DNA of 64,000 nt. Source: an uncultured Planctomycetaceae bacterium (GTDB lineage: Bacteria; Planctomycetota; Planctomycetia; Isosphaerales; Isosphaeraceae). The translations under genes were made by a program, and so were the position numbers. Location: positions 3,232,001-3,296,000 of the forward strand of contig CAWIAD010000001.1 in assembly GCA_963833985.1 (NCBI GenBank), given 5' to 3'. Below, one piece after another: positions 1 to 10,554 of the stretch. Each line of letters starts with the position of its first letter. Positions within the stretch are counted from its first letter, which is position 1. The notes under the pieces were generated by a model that did not search any database, had not been told where the DNA came from, and saw only the letters and a program-made list of their open reading frames with translations.

Positions 1-2149
1 CGGCGAGCGAAATGCTCATAGGCCATGCGGGCGTTCAGGTCGGGATCCTCGGGCTTCTCCTTGACCTGCCGCTCGAGCACGGAGAACTTGACCGGTTTCT
101 CCTCGTTCACCCGGGTGCGGATCGTCTTCACGACGCTGTCGAGGTAGACCAGGTATTCTTTCTCGAAGTCGGACTTGGCAACGCCGAAGCATTCCTTGAT
201 GGCCCGGTCGGTGGTGAGGCCGCGGCGATAGGCCATGAGCATCTTGATGAGCGCATCATCGCCGAACCGCTGGAGCATATAACGCGCGTAGAGCTGGGCC
301 TGGCAGTACGCCAGCTGGCGGTCTTCGGGCTCGTTGGGGCGGATGAACCCGAGGTTGATCGTGTCCAGGTTGAGCAGCTTGGATCGGCCGGGAACGCGCT
401 CCAGGAGCATCTTGTTCCACTCCTGGGGCCGCGGGTAGCCCTCGCTCTCGACGGCCAGGGCCTCGGTATACCAGTGGGGGATATTGAATTCCGTCTGTTG
501 CAAGGTGATGACGTGAACCACCTCGTGCTTGAGCACCCGGGCCCAGTTGAACGCCTGACGGGTGGCGCGCGGACTGGCCAGCGCAACGACCTTGCCTGTG
601 CAGGCGCCGACGGTGGGAATGAACGGCAGGCCGATCGTCCGGCCGCTGAACCACTGGTGATTCTTCATAATCTCGATCTTGGTCTTGCCTGGCGGCGCGT
701 AGCCGAAGCGCCCGGTGAGCTCCTGGTAGACCGATTCGAGGTACCGCCCCATGTACTTGCCCAGCAGGCTATCCTGCGTCGGATCGACCAGCACGCTGTA
801 ATGCGGCGTGTCGACCGGGATGTACGATTCCATGTGCTTGAGCACTTTCATCATGTTGTCGGCGCGGACGTTGAACGGGTCGGCGGCGAAGGCTTCATCG
901 AACAGGCTCCGCGCCTCGGTCTCGCGACCAATCTGCATGTAGAGCATGCCGAGGCCGATGGGGGCGTCGGCGCGGGTCGGGTCGGCCTGGGCGGCTTGCA
1001 GAAAGGCACGTTCGGCTGCGTGGTACTTGCGGCGGTCTGCCAGCCGTTCGCCGAGGGCGGCGTAGAACGCAGCCGGCCGGCGCGTCTGGGCCAGCACCTG
1101 GAGTTCGGCGGCGCCGCGCCCACGGGGTCCACCAGCAGCCGACACGAGGCCGCCAGCCGACCCAGGGTGTCCTCGTCGCGCGGGTTCTCTGCCACCGCCT
1201 TCTCGGCCGCCTTGCGGGCGTCGGTGAATCGCTCGTCGGAGATGTTGAGATCGCACAGCAGCACTTGCGCAGGGCCGTAGTGCGGATTGACCGCCAGCGC
1301 CCGCTCGGCCTTCGCCCGGCCGGCGGCCAGCCGGTAACCTTGCAGGTCCGCCTGGCCGAGCGTCACCAGAATCTCTGAAGCCAGCGGGTTGATCTGCTGC
1401 GCCCGCGCCAGCTCCTTCATGGCGGACCGCTCGTTGTAGCCGGCGAGGAAGAGCTTCCCTTCCAGCCATGGCGCCTGCCAGCAATTCGGATCGGCGCGGA
1501 GGGCGGCCTCGTAGATCTCGTTGATCACGTCGTTGAGCGAATCGGCCAGCTCTTCCCCGCGCGCCGTGGCGCGGTAATAGCGCTCGGCGGCCTGGCCGAC
1601 CAGCAGCAGGTTCTGCGCGTTGTTCGCCAGGTCCGGCGGCCGGCTGTTGTAGTGATCCACGAACCACTTGCACCCCTTCACCGCGTCCTCCAGCCGGCCG
1701 CGGGCCTCGAGCAGCCGGACGGCGATCCAGCGCCCACGCAGATGGTCCGGGCTGACGTCGAGGCATCGCTTCACCTCGGCGTCGGCTGCCACCCAGTCAC
1801 CTCTCTGGAAGCCGAGCTCGGCCAGCCGCGCCGCAACGTCCGCATTCTTCGGCTGCCGCGCGGCCAGCGCCTTGAGGCCCTCGATGGCCTTGTCAGCTTC
1901 GCCCTGGCTGGCCTGGCACTCGGCCTTGCCCAGCGCAATGGCCGCTTCGAGCTGGGGTGTCAGGCCATCCTTCTGCTTCTTCGCCTCGCTCTCGGCAGAC
2001 TGGTAGGCTTCCTGGGCCTCGGCATAGCGGCCGTTCTGCAACAGCCTCCGCGCCTGCTCCATGAGCTTGGCTTCCCCCGCCGGTTTCCCGGCCGGAGCCG
2101 CCGCCTGGGCCAGCACCGCCAGCACGGTCATCGCGATTGTGTATGTCAT
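1..2149 (-). CDS. Secreted TPR-repeat protein with Peptidase_MA-like zinc metallopeptidase domain (frameshift ~1115; runs off window start)
   Basis: ORF 851-2149 has a signal peptide and TPR-like helices. After a frame change near VDPVGAA the read continues ...FNWARVLKHEVVHVITLQQTEFNIPHWYTEALA (HExxH plus downstream E) to the window edge. Confidence 0.8.
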
Positions 2150-2440
2150 CCTGTCTCCTCCGGAGTTTGCTCAAACTCAACGTTACCAAAGCCCGGCGTG
2201 GAATGGCACCTCGCGCGGTGAAACGGCAGCCATTCCGTCGGCATGCGCCGTTACGCAAGTGGAGCTCCCGTTCTGGCCGCCACACAGAGTTTACGACGGA
2301 ATGGTCCCGGTCTCGCCATTCCTTCTCCAGCGACCTGGTCGATTGAGCCGGAATCCCACTCACGCCGACAGTCGTTGCGACCCATCCCGACCACGCCGTG
2401 GCGACACGGTGCTTCCCTCATTCGATCACGAGTCTTCACT

Positions 2441-2652
2441 GTGTCTCAACCGTGCGACCCCTGCGCAACCTGCGATTCGGACTGCTGGCTCTTCAGAATG
2501 GGTTGATCAGCCCGGGCCAGCGACTCACAGCCTTCCGGTCCTGGACACTCGAGAAGACCAGGACACTGGCCGACCTCCTTGAAGCGAGCGGCAACCTGGA
2601 CGCGGACGACCGCGGGGCCATCGAGGCCCTGGAGGCCCGGGATATAAAGCGG
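2441..2652 (+). pseudogene. N-terminal fragment of a planctomycete Ser/Thr kinase gene
   Basis: RNLRFGLLALQNGLISPGQRLTAFRSWTLEKTRTLADLLEASGNLDADDRGAIEALEAR aligns without gaps to the N-terminus of the kinase at 20351 (RSLLFGLLALQNGIIHQAALVAAFQAWTLAKDRPMAEILAEQGALDADDHALLESLVAR). No kinase domain follows. Confidence 0.8.
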
Positions 2653-2742
2653 AGTAGCTTTGCCGCGCAAGCAGCTTCGAGGCCACCAAGGCCAGATTCT
2701 TCTGGCGCAGACCGAGGCAGCGGCAGTTCGTACAATGATGTG

Positions 2743-3180
2743 ATGGCACGAAGACCATCTTTCTGCCACGGGATCAAGCGGGTCAAGATCTGCGCATGGC
2801 CCGCTGATGCCGTTGCGCCCGAGGAGCTTGCGAAGCAGGTCACCTATACAGGGAGCCCGAGGCACAAGACATACCCGTCACCAGCCGGGCCGCCGGCAAA
2901 GAGAGCTGACGCGGCCAAGTGCGACAAATACGCGACCCCCGACTGGCCCAAGCTCGGCTGCGCCCTTCGGAAGGCGATTCGGGCAGGGTGCGTGAGTGAG
3001 TTCCGGGGCAGGTTTCCATTCCGCGCATGGGTCTGGATTAATGGTGTTCTGCACGAGGCCCGGCTCACGAATGAAGTAACAGGCGACTATCACGGCTTTC
3101 CGCTCAATGACCCGAGTCAATACCCTGAACCACTTGAGCAAGTGGAGGCCGCACCGCGTGTCGAAATTCCTGTCGCTTAA
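2743..3180 (+). CDS. Small hypothetical protein (145 aa), putative two-histidine nuclease/toxin
   Basis: ATG at 2743, 6 nt after TACAAT. Motifs YTGSPRHK, KCD, FPFRAW, HEARL, GDYHGFP. Overlaps the next gene. Confidence 0.75.
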   Translation: MARRPSFCHGIKRVKICAWPADAVAPEELAKQVTYTGSPRHKTYPSPAGPPAKRADAAKCDKYATPDWPKLGCALRKAIRAGCVSEFRGRFPFRAWVWINGVLHEARLTNEVTGDYHGFPLNDPSQYPEPLEQVEAAPRVEIPVA

Positions 3181-4486
3181 GTCCGATCCCATCAGCCAAC
3201 CTGCCGCCGAGGATCCGCTCGAAAGGCAGAGCTGGTGCTCTCTGCGCATCCAGGTGGGGTCGCGCTTCGCATCCCGCCTCTGGGACAATACGCTTGAGGA
3301 CGAAAGGGACTTCCTGGATGTACCTGCATTCTCAATCGCCGAGTGGCTGGTCAAGAACTGGTGGTCCCTCTTTCACGAACTCTGCCCTGCGAACACAGTT
3401 CCAAAGCACCAGGTTCTTGGATCTTCGTGGCTGAGCTGGATAAGGCGCCATTGCCTTCGCTCCGCTGACTCGTCATTGTTTCTGCCCAAGCTGTATATCT
3501 ATACCGATGGCTACGACGTTCTCGCGGAATCCCATTCCGATCGGCCGGGATCGCTGCCGAACATGCCCGGTGAGTTTCTCAATGATGGAATTGTGGTGCT
3601 TGATGCCTGTGCTACCGAGGCAGCGCTGGCCAATTTTATCAATCAGATTCTTAATCGCGTTGAAGGAGTTGACAGCGAGCGGGTCACACGGGCGGCCGAA
3701 CAATGGCAAGCGATTCAGAATGCTGACGCAGCCGAGGCGGAGTTCTGTAAGCTGGCGGGACGGATGGGGCTGGATCCATACGACCCCCATGAGGTGTCCG
3801 ATCATCTCGCTGGCTTCTTCGAAGTGCTCGGAGACCCAGACCAGCCCCTGGTTCGCGATTTAACCGAGGCGACAAAGCCGGAATCGGTCGAGGCGCAGTG
3901 GAAATGGGTAACAGATGCCATCCACGAGCTTCATCTAGGCCCTCGATCGATCGAACTACCGTTCGACCTCCCTGTCGGTAACCGATCTCCTGCGGAATAT
4001 GGATACCAGCTTGCTCGGCGGGTTCGGGCTTCCGCTGAGGTTTCAGATAACCCGATCAAATCCGTTGAAAAAACAGCAAGCGCAGTAATAGGAAAAGCCT
4101 TCGAGGTGGTTGGCAGAAATCATATTCCTGGCCAAGAGATCAAAGCGATCGTTGGGCAAGCCGATTCCCGCAGGTTCGTCGTCGCTGGTCCGCAGAATCC
4201 GGTGTTCTACAATCAACGATTCATGACCGCTAGAGGCCTGTTTCATGCCCTCGCGACAAGCCAGCGAAGCGAAAGACTCGTGACCGGGGCCTACTCGTTG
4301 GATCAAAAGGCCTCTCGAGCCTTTGCCGCCGAATTTCTCGCCCCTCAGCAGGCGATCCTCAACAGGTTGACGAGAAGCATAGCGGATCCTGAAGCGGTTG
4401 ACAGCCTCAGCAGAGAATTCCAGGCCAGCTCTTATGTGATCCAATGGCAACTGGAAAACGCCGGCGTTACGCTCTCGTCCGATTAG
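3158..4486 (+). CDS. Hypothetical protein with C-terminal ImmA/IrrE (Peptidase_M78/DUF955)-like domain, HExxH degenerate
   Basis: GTG at 3158 with GGAGG 9 nt upstream. C-terminal QRFMTARGLFH ... QKASRAFAAEFLAP ... LSREFQAS..VI matches the IrrE-type RF..AHELGH / A..FAAEFL.P / LA..F.VS pattern. Confidence 0.8.
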   Translation: MSKFLSLKSDPISQPAAEDPLERQSWCSLRIQVGSRFASRLWDNTLEDERDFLDVPAFSIAEWLVKNWWSLFHELCPANTVPKHQVLGSSWLSWIRRHCLRSADSSLFLPKLYIYTDGYDVLAESHSDRPGSLPNMPGEFLNDGIVVLDACATEAALANFINQILNRVEGVDSERVTRAAEQWQAIQNADAAEAEFCKLAGRMGLDPYDPHEVSDHLAGFFEVLGDPDQPLVRDLTEATKPESVEAQWKWVTDAIHELHLGPRSIELPFDLPVGNRSPAEYGYQLARRVRASAEVSDNPIKSVEKTASAVIGKAFEVVGRNHIPGQEIKAIVGQADSRRFVVAGPQNPVFYNQRFMTARGLFHALATSQRSERLVTGAYSLDQKASRAFAAEFLAPQQAILNRLTRSIADPEAVDSLSREFQASSYVIQWQLENAGVTLSSD

Positions 4487-4685
4487 ATGCTCTGCGGCTG
4501 CTGGCCTTCACAGCATCTTCCCACTCCCATGAGCACCGAAGCAGTTCGTACTCGAACCCCCGGAATCGCAAGCACGGATGCAATGTGGAGCCCGGAATTC
4601 TGGTTCTTGCAAGAGGTGGCAGAAACGAGCGGAGAAGGAGTGAGTGGCTCCGCCGTTGCGTTTGATCATCCCGTTCACCCTGCGA

Positions 4686-5771
4686 TCATTCGGAGTGACG
4701 CCCCGGAGCCCCGTGCCGGACCTCGCGCAGCAGGTACGTTGTCTTGGCCTGAGACTCGTAGTACGTCCGCATGATCAGCTCGGACTGGATGCCCAGCAGG
4801 ATGCTCATCCCGCCGGCCAGGAAGAACATGACGGCCAGCGCGGGGAGCGGGGTCTCGACAAACGTCTTGTGGGGCAGATCGGCCGGCCACCAGAGATGAG
4901 GCCAGGGGAAGACCCACTTGAAGTAGATCATGGCGCAGAAGCAAAAGAGGGCCATGGCAACCGACCAGAGACCGATCCGGCCGAAAAAGTGGATGGGCCT
5001 CTGCGAGTACCTCTGGAGAAAGCGAATGAGAATGAGGTCGAGCACCACGTTGAACGTGCGACCCAGGCCATACTTCGTCTTGCCGGCCGTTCTGGGCCGG
5101 TGGTTCACCACCAGCTCGGTCACCCGAGCACCTTGCCAGGCGGCGAAGATGGGGATGAAGCGGTGCATCTCGCCGTAGAGCCGCACGCCGGCCAGTACCC
5201 GGCGGCGGTAGGCTTTCAGCGTGCAGCCGAAATCATGCAGCGCGACGCCCGAGATGCGGGAGACCAGGCGGTTGGCGATGCGCGAGGGAATCTTCCGGGA
5301 AAGCAGAGCGTCGTGGCGGTTGCGGCGCCAGCCCGAGACCACGTCGAAGCCCTCTTCCAGCTTCTCGAGCAGGCGGGGAATGTCGGCCGGGTCGTTCTGC
5401 CGGTCGCCGTCCATGGGCACGAGGATCGCGCCGCGCGCCTGGTCGAGCGCGGCCGACAGCGCGGCCGTCTGGCCGCAGTTCCTCCACAGGAAGATGACGT
5501 TCACGTGCTCGGGATCGTGCGCCAGGACCTTGTTCAGCTCCTCGGCGGTGCCGTCGGTTGAGCCGTCGTCGACGAAGATCAGCTCGTAGCGCAAGCTCAT
5601 GCGGCCGAGCACGGCATCCAGCTCCGCATGCAGCGATCCAACGTTGTCGACCTCGTTGAACACCGGGATGAGCACCGAGAGGTCGAGCATGGCGGACGGA
5701 TCGCCTTCCGGCGGCGGGCCACCGGCCCGTGTGTGTTGATCCTCATAGGCCGCAGGCACGGAGATGCTCAT
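4686..5771 (-). CDS. Glycosyltransferase family 2 (ArnC/DPM1-like polyprenol-phosphate glycosyltransferase)
   Basis: LSVLIPVFNE, FVDDGSTDGT, MDGDRQNDPADIP, DFGCTLKAYR, two C-terminal TM helices. Confidence 0.9.
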   Translation of the reverse strand: MSISVPAAYEDQHTRAGGPPPEGDPSAMLDLSVLIPVFNEVDNVGSLHAELDAVLGRMSLRYELIFVDDGSTDGTAEELNKVLAHDPEHVNVIFLWRNCGQTAALSAALDQARGAILVPMDGDRQNDPADIPRLLEKLEEGFDVVSGWRRNRHDALLSRKIPSRIANRLVSRISGVALHDFGCTLKAYRRRVLAGVRLYGEMHRFIPIFAAWQGARVTELVVNHRPRTAGKTKYGLGRTFNVVLDLILIRFLQRYSQRPIHFFGRIGLWSVAMALFCFCAMIYFKWVFPWPHLWWPADLPHKTFVETPLPALAVMFFLAGGMSILLGIQSELIMRTYYESQAKTTYLLREVRHGAPGRHSE

Positions 5772-5811
5772 GCGTTGTGCTTCTTCCCGAGGCAGGGCGT
5801 GACAGGGCCGC

Positions 5812-6729
5812 TCATCCCTTCATGTATTGCAGCAGGTAACGCCGGCTGATGATCAGCGAGTCGAGTCGCGCTTCGATCGATCCTTCGAAGGCCCGGTCCT
5901 CGACCTCGATGGCGACGTGGCCCGTGTAACCCGTATCGCTCAGGGCTCCGAAGAACGCACCCCAGCGAACATCGCCCAGGCCGGGGATCTTGGGTGTGTG
6001 CCAGAGCTTGGGATAGGAGAGGACGCCGTGCTGATCGAGCGCGCTTCGGTCGATTCGAGCGTCCTTGGCATGGACGTGGAAGATCCTGTCGCGGAACTCT
6101 TCCAGGGGCGCAAGGTAGTCCATTTGTTGCCAGATCATGTGTGAGGGGTCGAAATTGAGGCCGAAATGGGGGCTCGGGACGTCCTTGAACATGCGCCGCC
6201 AGATGGCCGGGGTGGTGGCCAGGTTCTTGCCGCCGGGCCACTCGTCCTGGGTGAAGAGCATGGGGCAGTTCTCGATGCCGATGTTCACACCCTTGCTCTC
6301 GGCGTGGGCGACGAGCGGCCGCCAGGTTTCCAGGAACCTTGGCCAGTTGGCCTCCACCGAGAGGGCCGGATCACGGCCCACGAACGAGTTCACCTGGCCC
6401 ACGCCCAGGGCAGCAGCCGCGTCGATCACGCGGTGGAGATGGCTGCTGGCGAGCTCGGCCTCGGCCGTCTCAGCGGAGAGCGGGTTGGGATAATAACCCA
6501 GTCCGGAGATTGACACCTGGTGGATCGCCAGCAGGTCCTGAATCTTCTCGATCGCGTCCAGGGAATGGTTGGTGACGTCGATGTGGGTGACGCCCGCGTA
6601 GCGCCTGTCGGCTTTCCCCGGTGGCCAGCACATCAGCTCGACGCTTGAGAACCCCGTTTTGTGGGCGAAGCTCAAGACCTGCTCGAGGGTATATTCCGGC
6701 ACGATGGCCGAGACGAAGCCGAGTTTCAT
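5812..6729 (-). CDS. Sugar phosphate isomerase/epimerase (AP_endonuc_2 TIM barrel)
   Basis: MKLGFVSAI start; metal-ligand motifs IENCPM, FDPSH, HVHAKD, IEVED. Confidence 0.9.
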   Translation of the reverse strand: MKLGFVSAIVPEYTLEQVLSFAHKTGFSSVELMCWPPGKADRRYAGVTHIDVTNHSLDAIEKIQDLLAIHQVSISGLGYYPNPLSAETAEAELASSHLHRVIDAAAALGVGQVNSFVGRDPALSVEANWPRFLETWRPLVAHAESKGVNIGIENCPMLFTQDEWPGGKNLATTPAIWRRMFKDVPSPHFGLNFDPSHMIWQQMDYLAPLEEFRDRIFHVHAKDARIDRSALDQHGVLSYPKLWHTPKIPGLGDVRWGAFFGALSDTGYTGHVAIEVEDRAFEGSIEARLDSLIISRRYLLQYMKG

Positions 6730-6787
6730 GGTCCACCGCCCCAACAGAAACAGAATGCCTGAGACCCTGATTCGTGGGTCCATCTCA

Positions 6788-7696
6788 TCAAAATCGAAGC
6801 ACACCGAATGCGACGCCGACCAGCAGCCCGACCACGTGCGCGGCGTTAGCGATTGGCCCGACCATGCCGGTCATGCACACGAACAACCAGAAAAGCATCA
6901 TGCTGATCGTGCTCTGCGGCAAGATCATTCCCTGCTCCGGCTCGTACTGCCCCTTCATCCAGAGGTAACCGAAGAAGGCATAGGCCACGCCGGAAAGACC
7001 GCCGAAGACGTGCAAGCCGTCGTTGCTGGCCTTATCCATGTACACATACTGTCCCAGGTTCGAGAGCACGGCGGAGACAAGCACCAGGACCGCAAGCCTG
7101 AGCGTCCCCCGCCGGGTTTCGATCATCGTCCCTTCCAGGCTGATCGCCCACGTATTGAACAGGATGTGGAAGATCCCGAAATGGAGGAAGATGGGAGTGA
7201 CGAGCCGCCAGACCTGGCCCGCCATGATGGGCTTCAAGCCGTCATCGACATAGCCAAGCTCCGCGTCGGGGTGGATCGTCGTGATCATGAGGGCATTTTC
7301 GACCTCGCCCTCGATACCCCGTTTCGTATGCATAAGTATGAAGACAAGCGCGGAGATCAGAACGAGTGCCATGGTGAGCGGCCGGCGCCGCAGCCGCAGG
7401 CCCGTCCACTGGTCGGTCACATCCCGGAAGTTCTTACGAAATTCCCGCTCCTTGCGCGTCTCGGTACGGCGCACCTCATCGGCGGCGCGGGCCCCCTCCC
7501 GGAACCGCGGGTCATCGGGCTGGCGGATGAATGCGTCGAGCTCGGCGCGTGCCCCCGCGAGCTGGTCCTCATTGTATATCCAGACGAGCCAGCCGTCGGG
7601 CTGCTCATCGAAGCGGGCTTTCATCCCCTCAGCCAGCAGGTGATCAGACAGAATCTGGTGGTCGAGGTTTCTGGGCAGCGTGCCGATCTGGCGCAA
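6788..7696 (-). CDS. glpG: Rhomboid intramembrane serine protease with N-terminal cytoplasmic domain
   Basis: [23 protein letters not shown] (catalytic Ser), ANAAH (catalytic His). Probable TTG start MRQIGTL. Confidence 0.85.
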   Translation of the reverse strand: MRQIGTLPRNLDHQILSDHLLAEGMKARFDEQPDGWLVWIYNEDQLAGARAELDAFIRQPDDPRFREGARAADEVRRTETRKEREFRKNFRDVTDQWTGLRLRRRPLTMALVLISALVFILMHTKRGIEGEVENALMITTIHPDAELGYVDDGLKPIMAGQVWRLVTPIFLHFGIFHILFNTWAISLEGTMIETRRGTLRLAVLVLVSAVLSNLGQYVYMDKASNDGLHVFGGLSGVAYAFFGYLWMKGQYEPEQGMILPQSTISMMLFWLFVCMTGMVGPIANAAHVVGLLVGVAFGVLRF

Positions 7697-8087
7697 CGGT
7701 CTTTCCTCGGTCGGTTGACAAACGTCGGCAAGGCGCCGCACTGGCCGGGCCGGCAAGCACATCGGCTCAAGGCGCAACCTCACTTAGATTAACACAGGAT
7801 GCACTCCGGTACACCCATTCTCCGGTACCATCCGCCGGCCGGGCCCGTCACAGGCATCGGCCGAGGAGGTAAAATACTGCGACAGATGTCGGAATTGTCC
7901 GGGCGGGTTGGTTGGACTCGGATCCCCATGTTACGATATCCGGAAACTCCGACCGGTGGCACTTCGACGCCGGCCTGTTTTCCATGCCGGCGGGTGGGCA
8001 AAGCGACAACCCAACGGAATTCGGCGCAAATGATGATTCGTCGGTCACGGGCCCTTTCTTGAGATGGTGACGGGGGGACGACGCGCC

Positions 8088-8923
8088 ATGCCCAGCTCCG
8101 CACCCCGCTATCGGCTGGTGATCTTTGATACGATCGAGGATCCCCAGGAGTTGCGGCCAATGATCTGCAACATCACGGGCATGCACCAGACCGATGTGGT
8201 GCAGTGGCTGGCCCTGCGCCGGGAACCTGGCCCCAGCCGCTCGACGAGCCGACGGTCCGCAAGCTGCTGGACGGGCTCTACGAGTTCAAGGTTGCCGCCG
8301 AGGCCTGGAGGGTTGACCAGTTTCCCGATCTGAGTCCGCCGCGCTCCGTGCACCGGGCCGCCTGCCTGGATCAGGGACTGCGGATCGAGGGCCTGCGCGG
8401 TGAGCCGACCCACTGGGTGCCCTGGGACCGCGTCGAGCTGGTGTGCGCCGGCAAGATCGTGGGCGACGACGACATCCGCGACGTGCATCAGCAGGGCTGG
8501 CCATCCGCGGTGGTGGCCGGCATCCGTGCTTTGACATTCCTGGGACCGCGGCGCAGGGTCCGCACCGCCCGTACCCCGCGCCCTTCTCGTGAGCCGGTGT
8601 GCGAGGTGCTCGTTGTCCGTCGCGACCCCCGCATCACCTTCCGCGTGGTCGAGACCCAGATGAACTACGCCTACCTGGGCGACCGGCTGACAAGTTCCGC
8701 CGCGGAGAACTTTCCCATCTTCCTCGCCGACCTGTGCGCCCGGGCCGACCGCGCATACCTCACGTCCTCCACCCGCGCCTTGCTGGAACGGATCGACCCG
8801 GAAAAATATGAGTTCGCGTCGTCCGCGGCCCTGCTCGACTTCGCCACCCACCGCCTGCTCTGGAGCTGGTATCGCCGCGACAGCGAGGCCCAGAACCGCC
8901 CGCACCCGACTGACGGCGGGTAG
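8088..8923 (+). CDS. Hypothetical protein (frameshift ~8212)
   Basis: MPSSAPRYRLVIFD...VVQWLA joins the 8204-8923 ORF across one frame change. Codon usage looks coding. Confidence 0.65.
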
Positions 8924-9018
8924 ACCTGAGCGAGGCGACCGCCCCCCGGGGCCGGGGCGAGGCGGACCGGCCATCAGGACACTGGCCCCGAGACACCCAC
9001 CAGCCGAGAGGATCTCCG

Positions 9019-10554
9019 GTGAAACCATCGTACCGCTGGCTGGCCACGCTCTCCATTCTCATGCTGGTTTCCAGGCCCATCACCTTGGCCTCCGCACCAG
9101 CCGCCCGTTCCGATGGCGACCCGTCAGACGCGCTGACGACCCGCAACGGATCGGCGCCCATCACGGTGCCAGTCAAGGCGCTTGCCGAGAACCCCCACTA
9201 CTTCGGCGACGGCCGCGGCAGGGCCGTGTACCTGACGGGCTCGCATACCTGGAACAACCTTCAAGACTGGGGGACCGGAGGCTCCGTCCGGCCCCTGGAT
9301 TTCAAGGCCTATGTGCGGATGCTCGTCAAGAACCACCACAACTTCACTCTCCTGTGGATGACCGAACTGCCGGTGTTTCGCGGTCTGCCCAGCACCGCGA
9401 GCCACCCGCCCGATTTCACCGTCGCTCCCCACCCCTGGCCGCGAACCGGCCCCGGTATGGCCACCGACGGCAGGCCCAGGTTCGATCTGACGCGATTCGA
9501 CCCCGACTACTTCGGCCGCCTGCGCAGCAGGGTCGAGTTGCTGAACGCGGCCAGGATCTATGCGGGAGTCTACTTCTTCAGCGGCGAATGGCTGCACGCC
9601 TTCCGCTTCCCGGGCGACGGCTGCCCCTTCACCGGATCGAACAACGTGAACGGGATCGACGACGGCGGAGGCACACGCTCCGTGACGATGACGGCGCCCA
9701 ACGAGATCACGGCGATCCAGGACGCCTACGTGAAGAAGGTCGTCGATACGCTCAATGATCTGCCCAACGTGCTCTGGATCGTCTCCGAGGAAGCGCCGGC
9801 CGGCTCGAGGTGGTGGAATAGCCATCTGATCGCCCTCACCCGGACCTACGAGGCCGGCAAGCCGCGGCAGCACCCCATTGGCTATGCCGTCCTGGCCGAT
9901 ATGAAGGACGACGCTCTCGTCAACAGCGATGCCGACTGGATCGCTCCCGGGGCGCAGATCTCGGCGACGACGACATGCGGCAGCGGCCATCCCGCCTGCA
10001 AGGTCAACATTAACGATTCGGATCACAGCTACTTCGGCATGTGGAACGAATCCGCGCTGGCGAATCGCAATTACTTCTGGATGAACTTCACGAACGGCAA
10101 CCAGACGCTCTTCATGGACCCGTACGTCGTCTCATACCCGCGCCAGAACCGGAATCTCTGCCCATCGCCGGTGCAGGGAATCAGCGCGGCGCCCGACCCG
10201 CGCTGGGATCCCGTGCGCGCCACCATGGGCTACGTTCGCGGCTACGCGGAGCGCATGAAACTGGCAGCCATGACACCACGCCCGGCGCTCGCCTCCACGG
10301 GTCACGTGCTCGCCAGCAACGGCGGAGTGAGTCCGGAGCTTCTGGTGTACGCCCCGTCAGGAGGCCGGTTCACCGTGAACCTCACCACCATGAATCAGTC
10401 GTTCGCCGTGGAATGGATGAACCCGGAGACGGGCGCCACCAGCCGGGGGACCGACGTGCGGGGTGGGGCAACGCGGGCCTTCACTCCGCCGTTTGCCGGG
10501 GATGCGGTCCTTTATCTCAGCTCCGTGCCGTCCGGCCAGGCCCCGCGACCTTGA
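9019..10554 (+). CDS. Secreted glycoside-hydrolase-like protein (DUF6298/DUF4038-like) with C-terminal collagen-binding-type domain
   Basis: Signal peptide; NPHYFGDG, YLTGSHTW, DLPNVLW.VSEE; C-terminal VEWMNPETG...FTPPF..DAVLYL. Confidence 0.7.
   Translation: MKPSYRWLATLSILMLVSRPITLASAPAARSDGDPSDALTTRNGSAPITVPVKALAENPHYFGDGRGRAVYLTGSHTWNNLQDWGTGGSVRPLDFKAYVRMLVKNHHNFTLLWMTELPVFRGLPSTASHPPDFTVAPHPWPRTGPGMATDGRPRFDLTRFDPDYFGRLRSRVELLNAARIYAGVYFFSGEWLHAFRFPGDGCPFTGSNNVNGIDDGGGTRSVTMTAPNEITAIQDAYVKKVVDTLNDLPNVLWIVSEEAPAGSRWWNSHLIALTRTYEAGKPRQHPIGYAVLADMKDDALVNSDADWIAPGAQISATTTCGSGHPACKVNINDSDHSYFGMWNESALANRNYFWMNFTNGNQTLFMDPYVVSYPRQNRNLCPSPVQGISAAPDPRWDPVRATMGYVRGYAERMKLAAMTPRPALASTGHVLASNGGVSPELLVYAPSGGRFTVNLTTMNQSFAVEWMNPETGATSRGTDVRGGATRAFTPPFAGDAVLYLSSVPSGQAPRP

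Noticed and set aside
7885..7955. Imperfect inverted repeat GTCGGAATTGTCCGG / CCGGAAACTCCGAC between divergent genes
   Set aside because: Single occurrence, gapped pairing, and compatible with chance at this GC content.
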